64,000 nt of DNA from Deltaproteobacteria bacterium (lineage in GTDB: Bacteria; UBA10199; SPLOWO2-01-44-7). The position numbers were made by a program, and so were the translations under genes. Numbering within the stretch: the stretch's first letter is position 1; every line of letters starts with the position of its first letter. Location: contig JAHFSU010000007.1 of the NCBI GenBank assembly GCA_023265595.1, positions 1,440-65,439 on the forward strand. The letters run 5' to 3'. Of the stretch, positions 10,050-18,403 are shown one piece after another. The notes beneath the pieces are model-generated. The model did no database searches, was not told the DNA's origin, and saw only the letters and a list, made by a program, of their open reading frames with translations.

Positions 10050-10829
10050 TCAACGGGGAGGGGCCAAATCCTTCAATAAGCTCACTGCCAACGCATCATG
10101 TAAAATCCGTATTGAACGATCGGCTGAGTCTTCCATGTCTCTGATAGTAACAATATTTTCAAAAAACTCTTCCAAAGGAGGGATGGCAGCACTTCCAAAC
10201 TCGGCATCCGGGTAACTGGTTGATCTGCCGGCACCAATTACCATCTCTCCATGATGACCGACGACAAAATAACCGGCGGCGGAGACATCTCCTGTATCGG
10301 CATCTTGGCCAACATGCCGATGAGAATTTTCCTCTTTTTTTCCACCATCTGTTTCCCTTGCGACAAGACCTACAAAAAGCCCTCTCTCCCCTACCAAAAC
10401 AAATTTAAAACCCTGCCGCCATTTTTGCCCCTCGGCAACTTCCACAAATTCCCGCCAAGCGGCGGCATCTACAATTTTAAGAGATCCACTTCGAATCCCT
10501 TGTAAAATAGCTTTTTTGGAATCGACCCGCATTGTTTCTATCCGATCGATTTGCGGATCTAAAAAAACTTTAGCCCCTTCAGACACAGCCGGAACAACGA
10601 CCGATTCTAAAGAGGGACGATCACCGATCGCTGCTTTTGTTTTCATGTAACGATAAGGGAGCCGCCGGCCCGGCAATAAAATTTCAGGGGGAGGTTTTTG
10701 CCCGATCGGTGTGTAACTATCTACGGATGCCAAGGTCGAAGCAGATGAGAAAGAGCCGGTTGCAGGCAAAAAGAGTACGCCAGGATTTGGTGGAGGGAAG
10801 AGGTGGGTTGTAGACAACGAACCGACCAT
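10050..10829 (-). CDS. hypothetical protein
   Basis: 259-aa ORF with coding-like composition. No family recognised. Confidence 0.45.
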   Translation of the reverse strand: MVGSLSTTHLFPPPNPGVLFLPATGSFSSASTLASVDSYTPIGQKPPPEILLPGRRLPYRYMKTKAAIGDRPSLESVVVPAVSEGAKVFLDPQIDRIETMRVDSKKAILQGIRSGSLKIVDAAAWREFVEVAEGQKWRQGFKFVLVGERGLFVGLVARETDGGKKEENSHRHVGQDADTGDVSAAGYFVVGHHGEMVIGAGRSTSYPDAEFGSAAIPPLEEFFENIVTIRDMEDSADRSIRILHDALAVSLLKDLAPPR

Positions 10830-10900
10830 TGGCGAAATTCTATATTCAGCGCGTCAAAAAAAGCTAGTAAAATTTTAAAAATTTTGCGATGGAGAGGCCC

Positions 10901-11989
10901 ATGGCACTCAACATCGGGATCGTGGGGCTCCCCAATGCGGGGAAATCGACTATTTTTAACGCGTTAACGGCCTGTTCGGTCCCGGCGGAGAACTTCCCTT
11001 TTTGCACCATCGACCCCTCAACCGGCATTGTTCCCGTTCCTGATCCAAGACTCGATAAGCTCACATCACTCTACAAACCGGAAAAAACAACCCCGACAAC
11101 CGTTGAGTTTGTCGACATCGCCGGTTTGGTAAAAAACGCAAGTCAGGGAGAAGGGCTTGGAAACAAATTTTTGAGCCATATCCGCGAGGTCGATGCCATC
11201 GCCCACGTGGTCCGCTGTTTTGAAGATCCCAATGTGGTGCACGTTCATGGCAAAATCGATCCGAAAGAAGATATCGAAGTCATCAATACCGAATTGGCCT
11301 TGACCGATCTCGATGCCGTGACAAAACGGCTCGACAAAGAAGAAAAACTGGCAAAAACAAATCCCAAAGAGGCCGCCAAAAAAGTAGAGTTGCTTAAAAA
11401 ACTAAAAGCCCATCTGGAAAAGGGGGGGGCCATTCGTCTTTTGCCTTTAACCGAAGAGGAAAAAAATATTTTGCAGGAATTTTGTCTCTTAACCGCCAAA
11501 CCGATGCTCTATGTCGCCAACATTGCCGAGGAGAGTGAAGAAAATCCGAAGGTGGAGGCCGTCAAAAAAATTGCCGCAGAAGAAAAAAGCGAGGCCGTGG
11601 CCCTTTGCGGAAAATTGGAATCGGAAATTTCACAACTTAAAGGAGATGAAAAACTCGAATTTTTAAAGGCGATGGGATTGAACGAACCGGGATTGAACCG
11701 CCTCATCCGCGCCGGCTATCACCTGCTCCACCTCATCACCTATTTCACCGCCGGCCCTAAAGAGGTAAGGGCTTGGACGATTACACGCGGCACCAAAACG
11801 CCGCAAGCGGCGGGGGTGATTCACACCGATTTTGAACGGGGGTTTATCCGTGCGGAGGTCTTTAGTTATAATGACCTGATCGCGCTGGGGAGTGAAGCCT
11901 CTGTCAAAGCGGCGGGAAAATACCGCTCAGAAGGAAAAGAATATGTCGTGAAAGATGGGGATGTTATGCTGTTTAGGTTTAATGTTTAG
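10901..11989 (+). CDS. ychF: redox-regulated ATPase YchF
   Basis: MALNIGIVGLPNAGKSTIFNALT, with a TGS-like C-terminus ending in DGDVMLFRFNV. A GGAGAGG SD precedes the ATG at 10901. Confidence 0.95.
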   Translation: MALNIGIVGLPNAGKSTIFNALTACSVPAENFPFCTIDPSTGIVPVPDPRLDKLTSLYKPEKTTPTTVEFVDIAGLVKNASQGEGLGNKFLSHIREVDAIAHVVRCFEDPNVVHVHGKIDPKEDIEVINTELALTDLDAVTKRLDKEEKLAKTNPKEAAKKVELLKKLKAHLEKGGAIRLLPLTEEEKNILQEFCLLTAKPMLYVANIAEESEENPKVEAVKKIAAEEKSEAVALCGKLESEISQLKGDEKLEFLKAMGLNEPGLNRLIRAGYHLLHLITYFTAGPKEVRAWTITRGTKTPQAAGVIHTDFERGFIRAEVFSYNDLIALGSEASVKAAGKYRSEGKEYVVKDGDVMLFRFNV

Positions 11990-12381
11990 ATTAGTTCCGT
12001 TACAAGTTGCCCGCGGCTGTAATCGACCGTCACCCGAAAGCGGCGAAAAAAATCGAGGCCGATGAGGGCTTTAATGCCCCATGATTTTTCAAAGTGGGAG
12101 ACGTAGACTTCCAGATTTTTGATAGGATGTCCGCATATCTCAAGCTGCGGAAGGATTATTTTTCCATATTTTTGGGTTTGAAGACCTTGTTTGAGTAAAA
12201 TATCTTTTTTTGTTTCTTCCAGAAATCCGGCAAATTGCAGGGCTTCGTCAGAAAATTCCGACGCTGGCGCACCTGTGTCAAGAAGCGCATCAAACTTGTG
12301 GCACTTTCCATCTCTATTTGTGACAAAAATTTGAAAAAGAATGTACCGCTGGTTTATATCAAAAATGGTTATGTTCCGCAT
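11986..12381 (-). CDS. retropepsin-like (clan AA) aspartic protease
   Basis: ALLDTGA catalytic motif and a later IGLDFF flap/dimer-like motif. 131 aa. Confidence 0.6.
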   Translation of the reverse strand: MRNITIFDINQRYILFQIFVTNRDGKCHKFDALLDTGAPASEFSDEALQFAGFLEETKKDILLKQGLQTQKYGKIILPQLEICGHPIKNLEVYVSHFEKSWGIKALIGLDFFRRFRVTVDYSRGQLVTELI

Positions 12382-12607
12382 GTGCTCTTAATCCCCCTGG
12401 AAATTGGCATTCCCCTGTATACTTAAATGTACAATCTGTATCCAAAGCCGGCAGACGAAATACTTCTTGGTCATCCTTTGAATGCCTTGCCACAGTACCC
12501 GAAATGAGTCGTCCAAATTCATCGTTTTTACAATCCACAATAAGCAACCACTCATCCGGATAGGCCTTCTTCATCTCTTCCCATGTCATTCTTTGTTGTT
12601 GCGTCAT
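12359..12607 (-). CDS. small hypothetical protein, overlaps and precedes the retropepsin-like gene
   Basis: 82-aa ORF whose 3-prime end overlaps the protease start by 23 nt. No family assigned with confidence. Confidence 0.45.
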   Translation of the reverse strand: MTQQQRMTWEEMKKAYPDEWLLIVDCKNDEFGRLISGTVARHSKDDQEVFRLPALDTDCTFKYTGECQFPGGLRAHAEHNHF

Positions 12608-12627
12608 CTAATCCTCCTTTTGTTTAT

Positions 12628-12688
12628 CCCCTCACCCTAACCCTCTCCTCCTTCGACTTCGCTCAGGACAGGCTCCAGGGGAGAGGGA
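12628..12688. repeat. GC-rich palindromic element, family 3 (with the ttcgac..gctcaggaca module)
   Basis: cccctcaccctaaccctctcctccttcgacttcgctcaggacaggctccaggggagagggaat. Confidence 0.8.
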
Positions 12689-12696
12689 ATGTTAAG

Positions 12697-13923
12697 CTAG
12701 ATAGTAGCCCTAAAAGATCGGGCGGGCAATTTTTGTTTTAGTGTATCCAAACTTTTGTAAAATCGTTCCCACCGTTCTGATTTGGCCGTTTGAAAAAGAT
12801 CGAGTTGGGGCGGTTTTGAAACGAGATCTTGCGCCGTGAAGCCGATCAGGCGAACTGGTTTTCTTCCTTCCACCAACGGTTGCATGAATTTTTCGGCATA
12901 GCCGAACAAAATACGATCAAAGTGGGTCGGCTCCGGAATTGTTTTGGAAAGCCCCGCAACCGTGAAATCGGCATAACGAACCAAAATGCCAATGCGCCTC
13001 GCATAAAGATTGTCTTCGCGTAATTTCCGTCCCACTTTTTCGATCAGTTCAAATAATTTTTGCCGAACGATTTGCCAATCCGAAATATCCTCCGGAAAGG
13101 TCTCCTGTTTGCCGACCGATTTGATTGTCTCCGTCACTTCTAGCTCCCAAGTATCTTTGCCCAAGGCTTTTGATTTCAAAAAGGGACCGTAAATGCCAAA
13201 CGATGCACGCAGTAAATTTTGCGGCATAGCGGCTAACTGCCCCAGAGTTAAAATCCCCATCTGGCGCAATCGCTCGCCGATTTTGGAACCAATGCCGGGC
13301 ATTGCCTCCACCGGCAGCGGGGAAAGAAATTTTTTCTCGGAGCCTTTCGGCACCTCGATCATTCCCGATGGTTTTGCAAATGTGGAGGCCATTTTCGCAA
13401 CTGATTGTGAACCGGCGATACCGATCGATACTTTAAGTCCCGTATCGGCAAAAACGGCCCCATAAATTTTTTCGGCGGCTCGCCGAAATGTTCCGTAGAT
13501 CCGTTCGCAACCGGTCAAATCGAGATACGATTCATCGACCGAGCCTTGCGCCACCACCGGCGCCATTTCGTTCAAAATATTTTGGACTTTTTCGGAATAA
13601 TGGGCGTAGGCCTCAAAATCGGCCGGCAAAAAAATGGCCTCCGGGCATTTGGCCTTGGCCTGTTGCCACGGCATGCCGGTCGTCACGCCAAAACGTTTGG
13701 CTTCGTAAGAAGCGGCGGCCACAACGCCGCGGCGGGAATTGCGCCCGCCGACAATGACCGGCTTATTTTTCAATTTTGGATTTTTAATCTGTTCGACCGA
13801 AGCAAAAAAGGCATCGAGATCGACATGAAAAAAGGTCCGATGACTTCCGGCAGCCACGGCACAAGCCCGCGGACGAATTTGCAATTTTTTATCACACTGA
13901 AACGATGAGTTTTTTTCGATCAT
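12697..13923 (-). CDS. dinB: DNA polymerase IV (Y-family)
   Basis: FFHVDLDAFFASVEQ and SVDESYLD motifs. The ATG overlaps the lexA stop (ATGA). Confidence 0.92.
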   Translation of the reverse strand: MIEKNSSFQCDKKLQIRPRACAVAAGSHRTFFHVDLDAFFASVEQIKNPKLKNKPVIVGGRNSRRGVVAAASYEAKRFGVTTGMPWQQAKAKCPEAIFLPADFEAYAHYSEKVQNILNEMAPVVAQGSVDESYLDLTGCERIYGTFRRAAEKIYGAVFADTGLKVSIGIAGSQSVAKMASTFAKPSGMIEVPKGSEKKFLSPLPVEAMPGIGSKIGERLRQMGILTLGQLAAMPQNLLRASFGIYGPFLKSKALGKDTWELEVTETIKSVGKQETFPEDISDWQIVRQKLFELIEKVGRKLREDNLYARRIGILVRYADFTVAGLSKTIPEPTHFDRILFGYAEKFMQPLVEGRKPVRLIGFTAQDLVSKPPQLDLFQTAKSERWERFYKSLDTLKQKLPARSFRATI

Positions 13924-14525
13924 CTAAATTTCCTTAAAATCGCCACAACGACGCCTTGAATTTGGCACTCTTCTTCTTTGCAATAAATCGGCGCCATGGC
14001 TGGATTGGCCGGTTGCAGTCGGATCTCTCCCCCTTTTTCGCGATAAAATTTTTTCAACGTGGCCTCGCTCCCGTTTAAAAGAGCCACCACCGTTTCGCCA
14101 TTGTCGGCGGTATCGCGGCGCTCGATCACCACATAGTCGCCATCGCGGATATGTTCTTCGATCATCGAATCACCTTTGACTCGCAAAACATAAGTGTCTT
14201 TGCGGCCAACCAACGATGGCGGCAGTTCAATGGTCTCTTCTTGTTCGATCGCCTCGATCGGTTGACCGGCCGCAATCACCCCCAGAAGAGGGACAACCAA
14301 ATTCAAGGAGGAGGATTCGTGACCGACCACCTCGAGGGAGCGGTTGGCATTCCAACGCCGGTTCAAAAAACCTTTTTGAACCAATTGACTTACATGATGG
14401 TGGATAGTAGAGACGGCGGAGAGTTTGAAATGTTTGGCAATTTCTTCAAGGCTTGGGGAATAATCATGGGTTTCAACAAATTTTTCAATAAAATCATAAA
14501 CTTGCTTTTGTCTTTTGCTCAGCAC
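13920..14525 (-). CDS. lexA: LexA repressor
   Basis: N-terminal wHTH (SLEEIAKHFKLSAVSTIHHHV), cleavage-site region VIAAGQPIEA and S24 peptidase VKGDSM. GTG start. Confidence 0.95.
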   Translation of the reverse strand: MLSKRQKQVYDFIEKFVETHDYSPSLEEIAKHFKLSAVSTIHHHVSQLVQKGFLNRRWNANRSLEVVGHESSSLNLVVPLLGVIAAGQPIEAIEQEETIELPPSLVGRKDTYVLRVKGDSMIEEHIRDGDYVVIERRDTADNGETVVALLNGSEATLKKFYREKGGEIRLQPANPAMAPIYCKEEECQIQGVVVAILRKFR

Positions 14526-14939
14526 GGGGCCAGAATATTCGAATATAAATCGAAAGTCAAATATCTTTTTTTACCTCTCGTTTTTTTGATTCTCGGTTGT
14601 GGTTCGGAGGCGGGTGTCTCCGGAACGGATGCCAACATTGTGACACAAACCAGTCCGATCATTATCAGCATCAACCCGATCAGCGGCGCCAAAGGATCAA
14701 CGGTTACCATCAACGGTTTCGGATTTTCGGTTGTGCCGGCGGAAAATATCGTAACAGTCGGTGGCGCTTCCGTGGCCGCTGCGACCTATAGCCTCCTCAA
14801 TCCGCCGACAAATGGGGCCGCTGAAGCGATTACTTTCCAAGTCCCTCAAGGAGCGGCAACCGGCGCCGGCGGTATTTTCGTCACCACCGTCTTTGGATTG
14901 ACAAGCAATGCCGATGTGCAATTTACAGTGAACCCGTGA
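14466..14939 (+). CDS. IPT/TIG-domain lipoprotein (start uncertain)
   Basis: Lipobox-like FLILGC, then an IPT-like segment ISINPISGAKGSTVTINGFGF. Candidate starts are ATG 14466, TTG 14502 and TTG 14508. The track N-terminus (14151-) is antisense to lexA. Confidence 0.55.
   Translation: MGFNKFFNKIINLLLSFAQHGARIFEYKSKVKYLFLPLVFLILGCGSEAGVSGTDANIVTQTSPIIISINPISGAKGSTVTINGFGFSVVPAENIVTVGGASVAAATYSLLNPPTNGAAEAITFQVPQGAATGAGGIFVTTVFGLTSNADVQFTVNP
14532..14560 (-). promoter_or_regulatory. lexA promoter (TTGACT-N17-TATTCT) with a candidate LexA operator dyad in the spacer
   Basis: The minus strand reads TTGACTttcgatttatattcgaaTATTCTggccccGTG. Dyads are TTCGA-N7-TCGAA (14538-14554) and ATATTCGAATAT (14535-14546). 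Confidence 0.55.
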
Positions 14940-16051
14940 AAGAGCGCCTCTCACAACTTCTCAAACAGCCTGTCAACGATGTCGTCAAACTTTTTGGAGA
15001 TGCCTCTTATCGCGCTTATTATCGTGTTTTTTGTGACAAGGAAATCACTTATGTTCTGATGGCGATGCCTGAAGGAAAAATGAGCGTCTCCGAAGAGATC
15101 ACGAATATAAAAGAGAAGCCGGCGGAGCTCCCTTATATTAATGTGCAGCATTATTTGAAATCGATCGGAATGCCGGTTCCCGAAATTATTTTATTTAGTG
15201 AAAAAGACCGGTGGCTTGTTCTCGAAGATTTGGGGAATAAAAGGTTTTTTGATATCGTCACGAATATCGATAAAGAGGCAAAAGTAAAATGGTATAAGAA
15301 GGCGATCGACTTGCTTGTGGAACTGCAAAATAGAACCTCTCCCTCACCCTCCGCCACACTACCGGCGGACAGGCAACCTTCTCCCCCGCCAAACGACCGA
15401 CGGGCAGGCGCAAGGGGAGAGGGAGATTGTATCGCTTTTCAAAGGTCGTATGATGCGGCGCTTTTCAACTGGGAGTTTGACCATTTTTGGGAATATTTTT
15501 TTCAGCTACCAGCTGTCAGCAGTCAGCCACCAGAAAAAGACAAACGACTTTTCAAAGAAGAAACACAAAAAATCACAAAAGAACTTTGCGCCCTGCCGGC
15601 CGGATTTACCCATCGTGATTATCAGAGCCGCAATTTAATGGTCAAAAATGACCAACTCCATATCATCGATTTTCAGGATGCGCTGACAGGTCCCAAAATC
15701 TACGACATGGTCTGTCTCCTGCGCGATTCTTATGTCGATGTAACCGACATCCTTGAAGAGTTGGGAGATTATTACTGCGAAAAATCGGGATACGAGCCAA
15801 AAAAATTCTGGAGGGCGTTTTGGCTGCAGACAGTCCAAAGAAAATTAAAAGACAGCGGGCGTTTTGTTTTTATCGACAAGGTCAAAAAAAATCCGAATTT
15901 TTTGCCGTTTATCCCGACTTCGATGGATTATGTGCGGCAGGCGCTTGAGAAACTGCCGGAATATGGAAAGCTAAAGAGTGTCATTGCGAGGAGCGTTAGC
16001 GACGAAGCAATCCACGAGAGATTGCTTCGCTTCGCTCGCAATGACAAATAG
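14936..16051 (+). CDS. amgK: N-acetylmuramate/N-acetylglucosamine kinase (APH-fold), AmgK-like
   Basis: FGDASYRAYYRV N-lobe and HRDYQSRNLM, IDFQD kinase motifs. Adjacent to murU. Carries two repeat insertions. Confidence 0.75.
   Translation: MKERLSQLLKQPVNDVVKLFGDASYRAYYRVFCDKEITYVLMAMPEGKMSVSEEITNIKEKPAELPYINVQHYLKSIGMPVPEIILFSEKDRWLVLEDLGNKRFFDIVTNIDKEAKVKWYKKAIDLLVELQNRTSPSPSATLPADRQPSPPPNDRRAGARGEGDCIAFQRSYDAALFNWEFDHFWEYFFQLPAVSSQPPEKDKRLFKEETQKITKELCALPAGFTHRDYQSRNLMVKNDQLHIIDFQDALTGPKIYDMVCLLRDSYVDVTDILEELGDYYCEKSGYEPKKFWRAFWLQTVQRKLKDSGRFVFIDKVKKNPNFLPFIPTSMDYVRQALEKLPEYGKLKSVIARSVSDEAIHERLLRFARNDK
15336..15425. repeat. GC-rich palindromic element, family 3 (long form), in frame inside amgK
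   Basis: Near-duplicate of 4977-5051. Translated as SPSPSATLPADRQPSPPPNDRRAGARGEGD. Confidence 0.85.
15979..16046. mobile_element. MITE-like palindrome, family 1 (TGTCATTGCGAG...CTCGCAATGACA)
   Basis: 68-bp palindrome that provides the last ~23 codons (VIARSVSDEAIHERLLRFARNDK) of amgK. The stop lies just beyond the element. Confidence 0.85.
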
Positions 16052-16060
16052 GGATCCTAA

Positions 16061-16759
16061 ATGAAAATTAAAAAAGCTTTTGTTTTTGCGGCGGGTCTCG
16101 GTGAACGGATGCGGCCCCTCACTTTGAAAACTCCCAAACCCCTTTTGCCGTTGGGGGAAAAACCGATTCTCGATTACACTCTTTTCTATCTCAAAAAATA
16201 CGGAGTCGAAGAGGTGGTGATCAACACTCACCATCTGGCCGACAAAATAGAAAGTCATGCGGGCGACGGGAAAAAATATGGATTGAAAATTAATTATTCG
16301 CGCGAGGCAGAATTGCTCGGCACCGGCGGGGGCTTAAAAAAGGCTGAAGAATATTTTAAAAACGAAGAGGCTTTTTTCACGCTCAACAGCGACACGCTCA
16401 TCAACTGCGATCTGCATGAAGCGGCCCAATTCCACGAGGAGCAAAAAACCCCGGCAACGCTTGTGGTAGCGCCGTGGCAGGAGGGTTACACGCGGATTCA
16501 GATCGGCAATGGCCGTTTGTTAAATATCCGATGCGGCGATCATCTTTTTACGGGGCTTGCCCTTTTAACCCCAAAAATTTTTGAAATCTTACAGACAACA
16601 AAATCGAATCTGATCTCGGATGGCGTTATGCCGCTTCTGCAAAAAGTGAAGGCCGTCTCTTGTTTCGTTCACGAAGGTTATTGGCGTGATATCGGCTCGA
16701 TGGAGAGCTATCAACAAGCGCAGGAAGAATGGGCCGCGAGCCATTTTACCAGAAGGTAG
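16061..16759 (+). CDS. murU: N-acetylmuramate alpha-1-phosphate uridylyltransferase, MurU-like
   Basis: AAGLGERMRPLTLKTPKPLLPL NTP-transferase N-terminus. Conserved pairing with amgK. Confidence 0.75.
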   Translation: MKIKKAFVFAAGLGERMRPLTLKTPKPLLPLGEKPILDYTLFYLKKYGVEEVVINTHHLADKIESHAGDGKKYGLKINYSREAELLGTGGGLKKAEEYFKNEEAFFTLNSDTLINCDLHEAAQFHEEQKTPATLVVAPWQEGYTRIQIGNGRLLNIRCGDHLFTGLALLTPKIFEILQTTKSNLISDGVMPLLQKVKAVSCFVHEGYWRDIGSMESYQQAQEEWAASHFTRR

Positions 16760-16884
16760 CCCATCCAAATTTCTGGCGGGCAGGCACCCTGTCCGATTTT
16801 CAAAGACCGCCCAAAATCGGTCATCCTCTGTCTCAAATCCGTCGGCCCCTTAAGTCCCAAACCCACAATAAAACGATCTGCAGG

Positions 16885-16899
16885 TGGCACGAGATTTGC
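16885..16899 (+). promoter_or_regulatory. sigma54 core promoter TGGCAC-N5-TTGC
   Basis: tggcacgagatttgc is an exact -24/-12 consensus. The next plus-strand gene (17191) is about 290 nt away, beyond a MITE. Confidence 0.45.
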
Positions 16900-16925
16900 T
16901 CTATATCCGATCGAATCTCAATATT

Positions 16926-17078
16926 GAGAGTGTTGAAAAATGAACCGTTTTGTCATTGCGACCCCGAGCGGAATCGAGGGGGAAGCAATCCAGACGCTCC
17001 TAAAATGAATCTCACGGGATTGCTTCGTCCTGCTTCGCTGTGCTCGCAGTCCTCGCAATGACATTTTTTAACACTCCC
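16926..17078. mobile_element. composite MITE: outer TIR GAGAGTGTTGAAAAA/TTTTTTAACACTCCC enclosing a family-1 palindrome (16951-17063)
   Basis: The outer TIR matches the one bounding the family-2 element at 59037-59147. The inner part shares ggattgcttcgtcctgcttcgctgtgctcgcagtcctcgcaatgaca with 21749-21841. Confidence 0.8.
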
Positions 17079-17129
17079 ATGTTTCAAAAGGAAAATTAGT
17101 TTTGACTAATTATTAGGTATGACTTATAA

Positions 17130-17189
17130 GCGGGGGAAATTCCGAAGCAAGACATTGAACTGATTCTCAAAAGAATCAAGGAGGTGTGA
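17130..17189 (+). pseudogene. possible 3-prime remnant of a RelE/HigB-like toxin gene
   Basis: 19 codons (AGEIPKQDIELILKRIKEV*) end 1 nt before the XRE gene ATG. This resembles toxin C-termini but there is no upstream ORF. Confidence 0.2.
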
Positions 17190-17190
17190 T

Positions 17191-17472
17191 ATGGGATGGA
17201 AGGAAATGTCCATCGATGAAGTAGCCGAATCTCTCGGGGTGAGTACGGATGAGGTGCGCGCCAAACAATCGCTAATGCAGCGGATTGCCAAGGAAAGAAA
17301 AAATCAGGGATTGTCTCAACAAGATTTGGCCAAAAAAGTCGGCGTAACTCAAGGTCGCATTGCCCAAATTGAATCCGGAGTGGGCACGGCGAAAGTCAGT
17401 TTTGATATATTGCTCAACATACTTGTCATTCTCGGTTTCGGTTTCAAAATTGTCACCAAAAAAGCGGCCTGA
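17191..17472 (+). CDS. XRE-family HTH transcriptional regulator / antitoxin-like
   Basis: LSQQDLAKKVGVTQGRIAQIESG helix-turn-helix. AAGGAGG SD. Confidence 0.8.
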   Translation: MGWKEMSIDEVAESLGVSTDEVRAKQSLMQRIAKERKNQGLSQQDLAKKVGVTQGRIAQIESGVGTAKVSFDILLNILVILGFGFKIVTKKAA

Positions 17473-17473
17473 A

Positions 17474-18403
17474 TTACTCCACAATTACTTTAAGCGTAGG
17501 GCCCAGAGAGAGTTTGACTTCCGTTGTTTCTGGGTAGAGTTCGCCGTCGAGCATGAAGCCCTCCGGTTCTTTTGTGGTCATCACAACTTCGCTCGCGAGA
17601 GAATCGAGCCAATGCTCGGAGGGGACCGGTTTTCCAAGAAGCAGTCTCGGAAAAGACCAGACGACCTGACGGGGCGGTAAAGAAAAACATAAAATCTGAA
17701 ATTTCCCTTTTTCTTTTCTCGCGCGATACAACGCATCAAAACCGAGTCCAAGCGTTTCGACCGTTCCGGCAAAAATGGTGGTGTAATTTTTAAAAGGCCA
17801 CGGTTTTCCGTCGACCATGACATCCGCATCGACGCGGCGGCAAAGTTCGCAACCCCTTTTCGAATTGGCCAAGGCGTGAAACATGGCTTGCAACAACATC
17901 CCTGCGGCCGTCCATTGTGTCGACCCTTCCACCTTATTAAAATCGCACAAAAAACGATACAAAAGGCCGTTGCCAAAAATAAATCCGTAGAGCTCATTCA
18001 CCTTCAAAAGATTACAATCGGAAAAAATAAATGGGGTCCCCGCATGATATTTATAAATGAGGCGGCTCAAAATCATTTCAGGCGTCCCATTAATTTTAAG
18101 GCAATGGACCACATTGTTCATCGTGCCGCCTCCCAAAAAGGCGATCTGCGGCAACGGCGTCTCCCCATAAATTTTGATGAAGGTGGTTAATGTTTTTTGA
18201 TAGGTGCCGTCGCCGCCGGAAATTCCCAAAATTTCGACCTTCCGTTCTTTAAACTCCTGAGCCAAGCGCTCCACATCGGAGATGTCTTTTGTGGCATGGC
18301 ACGATCCTTTGTCGCCGACAATAAACCCGAGCCGTTCCGCACGCCCCGGATTTTTCCGGTTCGATCGTGAATAGGGATTTAATATGACTCCGATACCTGA
18401 CAT
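17474..18403 (-). CDS. diacylglycerol/lipid kinase family protein (DAGK_cat, YegS/LCB5-like)
   Basis: ILNPYSRSN and GISGGDGT motifs. Overlaps the upstream gene by 25 nt. Confidence 0.7.
   Translation of the reverse strand: MSGIGVILNPYSRSNRKNPGRAERLGFIVGDKGSCHATKDISDVERLAQEFKERKVEILGISGGDGTYQKTLTTFIKIYGETPLPQIAFLGGGTMNNVVHCLKINGTPEMILSRLIYKYHAGTPFIFSDCNLLKVNELYGFIFGNGLLYRFLCDFNKVEGSTQWTAAGMLLQAMFHALANSKRGCELCRRVDADVMVDGKPWPFKNYTTIFAGTVETLGLGFDALYRARKEKGKFQILCFSLPPRQVVWSFPRLLLGKPVPSEHWLDSLASEVVMTTKEPEGFMLDGELYPETTEVKLSLGPTLKVIVE

Noticed and set aside
14151-14465. N-terminal part of the 262-aa plus-strand ORF
   Set aside because: It is antisense to lexA. Only the distal part, with a lipobox and an IPT domain, looks like a real protein, so the start was moved downstream.
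16729-17061. 110-aa ORF, and ORF 55452-55664
   Set aside because: These are translations through MITE and repeat sequence (...CHCDPERNRGGSNPD... and the 183-bp MITE). They are typical repeat-derived pseudo-ORFs.
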